Source of the DNA: Escherichia coli
Lineage (GTDB): Bacteria; Pseudomonadota; Gammaproteobacteria; Enterobacterales; Enterobacteriaceae
Reading direction: 5' to 3' (one strand)
NCBI RefSeq assembly: GCF_013122565.1
Contig: NZ_CP053258.1
Length of the DNA stretch: 64,000 nucleotides
Positions 57,500 through 64,000 of this stretch are shown in pieces. A program made the translations under genes and the position numbers. Each line of letters starts with the position of its first letter. Within the stretch, counting starts at the first letter, position 1. Under the pieces are notes generated by a model. It saw only the letters and a list, made by a program, of their open reading frames with translations. It was not told the DNA's origin and did not search any database.

Positions 57500-59240
57500 C
57501 ATCCTCCACGCCCTGAATGACGAGGATCCTGCTACGTTCAGGCTGTCGCCTGAATCATTTCGGTGGGTTCCTGCTTCAACGGGCGGCCTGACTGCACCAT
57601 CCCTCCACAGGCAAGAACGGCGTACCCCGCCGCTAAAATGTTACGAGCGCCGTTTACATCGGCGTTCGCTGTATATCCACATACCTGGCATCTGAATTTA
57701 CTTTGTGACAGGCGATTTTCTTTCGTTGTATGACCACAGCACGCGCAACGCTGGCTTGTGTACGCTGGCGGAACAGCAAGCACCTGACCGCCACACCAGA
57801 GCTGCTTGTACTCAAGCTGGCGACGCATTTCATACCAGCCCTGATCCAGTATCGAACGGTTTAAACCTGATTTTGCCCGGACATTGCGCCCCGGCTGGCT
57901 GACCGTACCCGCTGCTGACTTTGACATGTTGCTGACCTTCAAATCCTCAATGACTATCATTGCGTGGTTTTTGCTGACGGTCGTTGTGACTTTGTGAAGG
58001 TAGTCCCTGCGGATATTTGCGATACGGGAATGCAGTCGCTGTATTTTGCGTTTCTGCTTCTGCCAGTTGTTGCTGAATTTGACCTTGCGGCTTAACTGTC
58101 GCTGAAGTCTCGCCAGCTTCTTCTGGTTTTTCTGAAAACTGTTTACAGGCTCAAAGACTGTGCCATCTGACAGCGTGGCGAGTTTAGCCACGCCAGCATC
58201 CAGCCCGATCATTGATGCTGAAGGGTGAACCGGAGTGGATACTTCACTTTCTGTCTGAATACTGATGTGCCACTTACCGCAGGACTGGCTGACCGTGACA
58301 TTTTTCACAACACCCGTGACCTGACGGCTATTCCGGTAGCGCATCCAGCCCAGTTTCGGCAGAAAAATACGGCTGTTTTCCTGATCGAGCTTAACGCCCT
58401 GCGGGTAGCGGAATGCATCATTCTGTCCCCGCTTTTTGAATCGGGGAAAAGCAGCCCGCTTCCGGAAGAAGTTTTTGTAAGCCCACTCAAGGTCTTTCAG
58501 TGACTGTTGCAATGGCTGTGACGGGGCATCTTTAAGCCATTGCGTTTCAGTGGCATTTTTCCACTCAACCAGCCAGGAAGCCATTTTCCCGTAAGGGATG
58601 TATTTATTACCGGCCTCATGATTCTCATTCTGACGTGCCAGAGCACGATTGAAAACGAAACGACATGCGCCTGCGAAGCGCCTCATTTCACGCTCCTGTT
58701 GACCACCGGGTCTTAACTGGAATTTAAATGCCTGTAGTCGTTTCACAGGTCAAATGATATTTTGGTCTGTGAAAAAAGAAACCGATATCCGGCGTGGAAG
58801 GCATTGTGTTTTCCTGAAGCATGTTCACATGGTCTTTGTCACCAAATACCGACGCCAGATTTTTGACCATGACGCGACAGAAAAACTACGCACTTACTTT
58901 TCAAATGTATGTGCTGATTTTGAAGCTGAACTGGTTGAAATGGATGGCGAACCAGATCACGTCCATTTGTTAATTAACTATCCTCCCAAACTGGCGATAT
59001 CCAGTCTGGTAAACAGCCTCAAAAGCGTATCGGGTAGGTTACTGCGACGAGATCGACCAGATATTGCAGCCAGGTATTACTACAAAGGCGTTTTGTGGAG
59101 TCCTGGCTATTTTGCCAGTAGCTGCGGAGGTACGCCAATATCCGTCATCCGCCAATACATTGAACAACAGCAAACACCTGGTCAGGTGGAAAACCACACC
59201 TTATATCCCCGCCCTGAAGGACGGGGTTTTACGGCGCACC
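57500..59240. mobile_element. IS200/IS605-family insertion sequence (IS609-like), about 1.7 kb, with tnpA and tnpB
   Basis: TnpB and Y1 TnpA ORFs fill the gap between tam and lsrG; similar imperfect palindromes near both ends (57506-57525 and 59207-59226). Ends approximate. Confidence 0.6.
57538..58746 (-). CDS. tnpB: TnpB (IS200/IS605 OrfB; RuvC-like RNA-guided endonuclease family)
   Basis: 402 aa, GTG start; RuvC-I GLDAG, RuvC-II IEDL, RuvC-III NADVNGA and CxxC...CxxC zinc finger present; starts [18 protein letters not shown] as recalled for E. coli InsQ. Confidence 0.9.
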   Translation of the reverse strand: MKRLQAFKFQLRPGGQQEREMRRFAGACRFVFNRALARQNENHEAGNKYIPYGKMASWLVEWKNATETQWLKDAPSQPLQQSLKDLEWAYKNFFRKRAAFPRFKKRGQNDAFRYPQGVKLDQENSRIFLPKLGWMRYRNSRQVTGVVKNVTVSQSCGKWHISIQTESEVSTPVHPSASMIGLDAGVAKLATLSDGTVFEPVNSFQKNQKKLARLQRQLSRKVKFSNNWQKQKRKIQRLHSRIANIRRDYLHKVTTTVSKNHAMIVIEDLKVSNMSKSAAGTVSQPGRNVRAKSGLNRSILDQGWYEMRRQLEYKQLWCGGQVLAVPPAYTSQRCACCGHTTKENRLSQSKFRCQVCGYTANADVNGARNILAAGYAVLACGGMVQSGRPLKQEPTEMIQATA

Positions 59241-59335
59241 GGATAAATTCGCCTCACGGCATCAACCCATTGAACAGACGCTTTTTACGCGGCCCGGTCA
59301 TTAAAGATTCCAGTTTCGCGACACAGGTTTTGTAG
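58754..59335 (+). CDS. tnpA: IS200-type Y1 (HuH) transposase TnpA; ORF as read extends past the expected C-terminus
   Basis: HVHLL HuH motif and conserved YY/GYF tyrosines; canonical proteins are about 150 aa, so the true end is probably near 59210-59240; the rest is read-through overlapping lsrG. Confidence 0.8.
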   Translation: MIFWSVKKETDIRRGRHCVFLKHVHMVFVTKYRRQIFDHDATEKLRTYFSNVCADFEAELVEMDGEPDHVHLLINYPPKLAISSLVNSLKSVSGRLLRRDRPDIAARYYYKGVLWSPGYFASSCGGTPISVIRQYIEQQQTPGQVENHTLYPRPEGRGFTAHRINSPHGINPLNRRFLRGPVIKDSSFATQVL

Positions 59336-59544
59336 TGAGGCGTGGTTTTATGGAATGCCACTGCGTCTTCATCTTTATAGGCTTCGTAAATATAAAAGCG
59401 CGAATTCACTTCCGGGTCCTGTAAGACATCGAAGCGCAAATTGCCTTCTTCCTGTACAGAGCCCAGGTGGTTCTGGCGAAAAACTTCGATAAACTCGTCA
59501 ACCTTGTCTTCATGAACGTTAATTTCAACCAGTGTGACGTGCAT
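59254..59544 (-). CDS. lsrG: (4S)-4-hydroxy-5-phosphonooxypentane-2,3-dione isomerase LsrG
   Basis: 96 aa; translation [26 protein letters not shown]. Confidence 0.9.
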   Translation of the reverse strand: MHVTLVEINVHEDKVDEFIEVFRQNHLGSVQEEGNLRFDVLQDPEVNSRFYIYEAYKDEDAVAFHKTTPHYKTCVAKLESLMTGPRKKRLFNGLMP

Positions 59545-59567
59545 AATTCTTCTCCTTAAATCCGCAG

Positions 59568-60443
59568 TTACTGTTTTTCACTCAGATAGAGTTCATATGC
59601 CCGATCAGCTGTTTCGTTATGGTGAACCACCGCCTGTACGGCTTTCATCATCGCCACCGGATGGTCAGACTGGAAAATATTACGCCCCATATCCACACCA
59701 GAAGCGCCCTGATCGATAGCCTGCCAGCACATTTCCAGCGCCTCGCGCTCCGGTAATTTTTTACCGCCAGCAATAACAATGGGTACCGGACATCCGGCAA
59801 CAATCCGTTCAAAACCTTTATCGACATAATAGGTTTTGATAATTTGCGCCCCCATTTCAGCGGCGATTCGAGTCGCGAGCGAGAAATAACGCTGATCGCG
59901 CACCATATCTTTGCCCACGCCTGTCACGGCCATGGTCGGCATTCCCACTTTCATTCCGGCATCGACCAGCTGAATAATATTTTTGATCGACTGATGTTCA
60001 TATTCGCTGCCGATATAAACCTGCGCCGCCACCGCGCAACTGTTCAGGCGCACGGCGTCATCCATCGATAACGCCACGGCTTCATTACTTAATTCCGCCA
60101 GAATAGAGTTCGCACCTGACGCCCGCAGTACCACTGGCTTATTGGTCGCCGGGGGAACTACGCTGCGCAAAATACCGCGCGTACACATTAATACATCGGC
60201 ATGTTCAAACAGCGGGGCGATATTTATATCAATGCGTTCAAGTCCGGTAGTCGGCCCCTGAAAATAACCATGGTCAAAGGCCAGCATCACGGTTTTACCC
60301 GTTTTCGGATTAAATATCCGCGATAAACGTGACTGCATTCCCCAATCCAGCGCACCGCAACCTTTCAGGGTAAAAGGGATATTTTGTTGCGGTTGATCGG
60401 TACGAAAATCTTTACCATCTTTAATATCGTCTAAATCTGCCAT
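59568..60443 (-). CDS. lsrF: 3-hydroxy-5-phosphonooxypentane-2,4-dione thiolase LsrF (aldolase-like)
   Basis: 291 aa class I aldolase fold. Confidence 0.9.
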   Translation of the reverse strand: MADLDDIKDGKDFRTDQPQQNIPFTLKGCGALDWGMQSRLSRIFNPKTGKTVMLAFDHGYFQGPTTGLERIDINIAPLFEHADVLMCTRGILRSVVPPATNKPVVLRASGANSILAELSNEAVALSMDDAVRLNSCAVAAQVYIGSEYEHQSIKNIIQLVDAGMKVGMPTMAVTGVGKDMVRDQRYFSLATRIAAEMGAQIIKTYYVDKGFERIVAGCPVPIVIAGGKKLPEREALEMCWQAIDQGASGVDMGRNIFQSDHPVAMMKAVQAVVHHNETADRAYELYLSEKQ

Positions 60444-60469
60444 AACTTACTCCGGTTAAGTAATGCACA

Positions 60470-61492
60470 TCAGAAATCGTATTTGCCGATATTCTCTTTG
60501 TTGAATATCACGCGCTCCGGTAACAGTACGATGCCATTACCATCCGCTTCGTAGTCATAGCCCTGAACGCTGTTTGGCGAGACTTCCACCTGACCTACGC
60601 CCTGAATATCCAGCTTGTCGCCCGTTTTCATTGATCCTTTTTTCAATAATGCATCCGCGACATAAACTGAAATTTTGCCTTGCTGAACCACATCCCACAG
60701 GCCAAATTCTTTCACCGTGCCGCGCTCTACATACGGGCGCATCACATTTGGCGTACTGAATCCGACAATCGCTACTTTGTCATTTTTCAAGTTTTCTGCG
60801 GCTTGTGCGGCAGCGGGCAGGGCGTTGGCATCGGGGGCGATAATGGCGTCGAGATCGCTATACGCTTTTAATATTCCTTCTGCGGTTTGTAACGATTTAG
60901 TGGCATCGTTATAGCCAAACTGCGTAGTGACAATTTCCCAGCCAGGATGCTCTTTGGCGATTTTCGCTTTCGCTTCTTTCACCCACTGGTTTTGGTCCGT
61001 AACGGTGGGGCTTGAGTAGAAAAACGCGACTTTGGCTTTGTCTTTATTCACCTGACGCGCCGCCATATCCACCAACATACCTCCCAACTGGGCGGGCGTT
61101 CCCTGATTAATGTAGTAAGAGCGGCACTCCGGTTTAGTATCAGAGTCCCAGGTCAGCACTCTCACACCACGTTGCATGGCGCGTTTCAGTGCCGGACACA
61201 AGCCATCAGGCGAAACCGCAGAAACGATAATGGCGTTATAACCTTGATTGACGAAGTTATTAATCAACTGTACCTGACCAGAAACACTGGGTTCTGTCGG
61301 CCCGTCGTAGGTCACATCAACGCCCAGCTCTTTACCCGCTTGTTGTGCGCCGTTGCCACCGCTGGTAAAAAATCCCACGCCAACCAGTTTGGGAATAAAT
61401 GCAATACGCTCTGCGGCCTGCACATTCATAGAGATTGCGGCAATGCCAAGAGCGCTAAGTAAGGCGATTTTCTTAAAGCGATGAAGTGTCAT
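60470..61492 (-). CDS. lsrB: AI-2 periplasmic binding protein LsrB
   Basis: 340 aa with signal peptide. Confidence 0.9.
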   Translation of the reverse strand: MTLHRFKKIALLSALGIAAISMNVQAAERIAFIPKLVGVGFFTSGGNGAQQAGKELGVDVTYDGPTEPSVSGQVQLINNFVNQGYNAIIVSAVSPDGLCPALKRAMQRGVRVLTWDSDTKPECRSYYINQGTPAQLGGMLVDMAARQVNKDKAKVAFFYSSPTVTDQNQWVKEAKAKIAKEHPGWEIVTTQFGYNDATKSLQTAEGILKAYSDLDAIIAPDANALPAAAQAAENLKNDKVAIVGFSTPNVMRPYVERGTVKEFGLWDVVQQGKISVYVADALLKKGSMKTGDKLDIQGVGQVEVSPNSVQGYDYEADGNGIVLLPERVIFNKENIGKYDF

Positions 61493-61503
61493 GAAGATAT
61501 CCT

Positions 61504-62496
61504 TTATGGCAATGGGTTATTGGCCCGACGCGCCAGCCACTCTTTAATTTGCTGGCGATGCAGGCTAACGGAACGACCTACGACAACGACGATAAGTAGC
61601 GCACCGGAAAGGGCGCTGGACACCTGATTTGGCACTCCTGCCATTTGCAAACCTTGTTGCAAATATCCCACTAATAAAACCGCAATGGCGGTGCCGATAA
61701 TGGAACCGGAACCACCATAAATATTGGCCCCGCCAAGCACCACGGCGGTGATGGCGGGCATCAGAAACGACGCACCGAGATCGGAACGTGCTGAACCAAA
61801 ATACGATACCAGCAGCACAGCGGCGACCGCAGACGCCAGCCCCGTCATGGCATAGAGCGCACATAAGGTGCGGTTAACTGGAATCGCGCTATAAAGCGCC
61901 ACGCGCGGGCTTTGCCCAATCAAAAACACATTACGTCCGGCATGGGTTTTATGCAGCCAGAGCCAGAAAACGAGGAGACATATCAGGAAGATAATCAGCG
62001 GAACGGGGAGTCCCAGCACATCCAGGTTAGCGAAATCTGTAAACGCCATCGGGAATCCACCAATACCTTCGTACCCCGTCGCTCCGGCCATCCCGGAAAG
62101 CAGCAGGGCACTTCCGGCAAACAGATACAGCGTGCCAAGCGTAATCACCAGCGGGTTAACTTTGGTATAGATAATTAATCCGGCGTTGATCAGCCCGCAC
62201 AATGCGCCGAGCAGTAAGGTCAGGAGAATCGCCAGCGGCATCGGCACACCACTTTGAAACAGTACGCCCAATGCAATGGCGCAGAGGCCGATGGTCGAAC
62301 CAAACGAAATATCTATCCCGCCACTGACAATCACCATCGTCAGCGGTAGGGCGACAATGCCAATGCAGATAAAGTCACTGGTGCTGAACAGCAACATATT
62401 GAGATCTAACATCCGCGGGTTAATTGCACCAAATGCGACAATCTCAATAACGAGCAGTGCGGCAAGAGCCAGTTCCCAACCGTAGCGAATACGCAT
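61504..62496 (-). CDS. lsrD: AI-2 ABC transporter permease LsrD
   Basis: 330 aa polytopic permease. Confidence 0.9.
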   Translation of the reverse strand: MRIRYGWELALAALLVIEIVAFGAINPRMLDLNMLLFSTSDFICIGIVALPLTMVIVSGGIDISFGSTIGLCAIALGVLFQSGVPMPLAILLTLLLGALCGLINAGLIIYTKVNPLVITLGTLYLFAGSALLLSGMAGATGYEGIGGFPMAFTDFANLDVLGLPVPLIIFLICLLVFWLWLHKTHAGRNVFLIGQSPRVALYSAIPVNRTLCALYAMTGLASAVAAVLLVSYFGSARSDLGASFLMPAITAVVLGGANIYGGSGSIIGTAIAVLLVGYLQQGLQMAGVPNQVSSALSGALLIVVVVGRSVSLHRQQIKEWLARRANNPLP

Positions 62497-63524
62497 TATG
62501 CGGCCTCCCGTTTTTTACCTGACGAAGCGGGTTTAACGGATGGCGGTGGCGTCATAAAGCGGGCATATTTTTGCCGCCGTAGATTACGTTCCAGCGCACA
62601 ACGCAGGCGTCCATCAAACACCAGCACCGCCAGCAGAACCAGACCCGCGATAAAATCATTCCACCATGCCGGAATGCGCAACAGCACCAGTACGCTATCG
62701 ATCTGCGTCAGGAACCATGCGCCGAGTACCGCACCGATGATCGCACCGGAACCGCCGAGCAAACTAATACCGCCCAGCACGCAGGCTGCAATTGCTTTCA
62801 TTTCCAGCCCGGTACCGGTCTGGTTGGGGATAAAACCAATCTGCGAAGCAAACACAATTCCCGCCAGTGCCGCCATGCAGCCGTTCAACGAAAATGCCAC
62901 AATGCGAATGGCTTCCGTACGAACGCCCAGTTGACGAGCGCCCTGTAAATTATCGCCCGTGGCATAAAAACTGCGTCCAAACGCTGTCTTCGCCAGCAGC
63001 CAGGCCATAAATGCCACCAGAATTATCGTTAACCAACCAATTGCTGAAACGCCAAGCAGCAGCGGTGCGGAGAGCTGTTTCAGTTCGGCGGGTAACCCCT
63101 CAATCCATTTACCGCCAGTCCACAGCAACATGATGCCTCTGTACAACCCTAACGTGCCAAGGGTGGCAACAATGGCAGGGATCTTTAGCCACGCGACCAG
63201 GACACCGTTGAAAAATCCCGCGAGCAAACCAAGCAGTAAAGTCGCGACACAGGCAACAGGTAGTGAATATCCTGCGTTCAGTAACATCCCCAACAGCACC
63301 GCGCACATTCCGGTAATCGAACCCACTGAAACATCAATATTGCGCGTAAGCATTACCAGCGTCGCGCCCATTGCCAGCAGGATCAGGATTTGCGCGCTGC
63401 TATAAACCATGGTCAGCGTTTGCACACTTAAATACTGGCGGTCGAGAAAACCGGGTAATACAAACAGCAGCAGCACCGCCAGCAGTGCCGTGATTTCACG
63501 GTTGTTCTGAATAAACTTCAGCAT
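62496..63524 (-). CDS. lsrC: AI-2 ABC transporter permease LsrC
   Basis: 342 aa polytopic permease; start overlaps lsrA stop. Confidence 0.9.
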   Translation of the reverse strand: MLKFIQNNREITALLAVLLLFVLPGFLDRQYLSVQTLTMVYSSAQILILLAMGATLVMLTRNIDVSVGSITGMCAVLLGMLLNAGYSLPVACVATLLLGLLAGFFNGVLVAWLKIPAIVATLGTLGLYRGIMLLWTGGKWIEGLPAELKQLSAPLLLGVSAIGWLTIILVAFMAWLLAKTAFGRSFYATGDNLQGARQLGVRTEAIRIVAFSLNGCMAALAGIVFASQIGFIPNQTGTGLEMKAIAACVLGGISLLGGSGAIIGAVLGAWFLTQIDSVLVLLRIPAWWNDFIAGLVLLAVLVFDGRLRCALERNLRRQKYARFMTPPPSVKPASSGKKREAA

Positions 63525-64000
63525 GACGCCTCCTGACGCTGACTATCGCCGAAGGAAACGCGCATAATAGTCTCGACATTAATATCGCGCCCGGTCAGTG
63601 CAGAGTGGGTAATTTCGCCCTGATGCATCACATACACACGATCTGCCATCAGTTCGATCTCTTCCAGATCAGAGGAGATAAGCAGCACTGCCACATTCTG
63701 TGCGGCGATGCTGCGCAACAGCTGGTAGATATCATTACGGGCCGAGACATCCACGCCGCGCGTCGGCTCATCGACAATCAATGCTTGCGGTGAAGCTTCC
63801 AGGCATTTGGCAATGAGGATTTTTTGCTGGTTGCCACCGGATAATGTCCGTGCAGCTTGTTCCGGTTGGTTAAATTTAATATTCAGCGCCCGACGATAAC
63901 GTTCCAGGGTGGCATTATCTTTCGCGGTTTTCGCCCAGAATCCACGAAGGTTATGAGTAAGGGCGCAGACGTTCCAGGCCAGCGAAGCATCGAGATTCAG
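63518..64000 (-). CDS. lsrA: AI-2 ABC transporter ATP-binding protein LsrA, C-terminal part (5' end beyond window)
   Basis: Frame open to window edge; C-terminus contains ABC signature-like LISSDLEEI and Walker B region. Confidence 0.85.
   Translation of the reverse strand: MNLDASLAWNVCALTHNLRGFWAKTAKDNATLERYRRALNIKFNQPEQAARTLSGGNQQKILIAKCLEASPQALIVDEPTRGVDVSARNDIYQLLRSIAAQNVAVLLISSDLEEIELMADRVYVMHQGEITHSALTGRDINVETIMRVSFGDSQRQEASC

Noticed and set aside
59207-59233. Hairpin plus TTTT considered as the lsrG transcription terminator
   Set aside because: The T-run follows the hairpin on the plus strand, whereas lsrG is on the minus strand; more consistent with an IS end structure or a tnpA-side terminator.

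Overview
This 64 kb window reads as Escherichia coli chromosome from the replication-terminus region, running from tus/TerB through rstAB, pntAB, the ynfEFGH-dmsD operon, rspAB, dcp, marRAB and sad/glsB to the lsr (AI-2 uptake) operon. Gene order is collinear with K-12 (roughly 1.60-1.68 Mb) but on the opposite strand; all gene names and K-12 comparisons below come from recalled protein sequences, not a database search. I found about 66 protein-coding genes, one likely sRNA (mgrR), two small proteins missing from the ORF track (mgtS, ydgU), and no tRNA, rRNA, CRISPR array or prophage. I did not find a previously undescribed multi-gene system. The most system-like non-core element is a roughly 1.7 kb IS200/IS605-family (IS609-like) insertion between tam and lsrG, carrying an apparently intact TnpA and a TnpB (RNA-guided nuclease family) with a predicted guide RNA at the tnpB 3' end. 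Other departures from K-12 are a tqsA gene split into two frames (probable pseudogene) and an intact ydfJ directly beside rspB, i.e. no Qin prophage. Manually derived coordinates (anything not taken straight from the ORF track) may be off by 1-2 bp.
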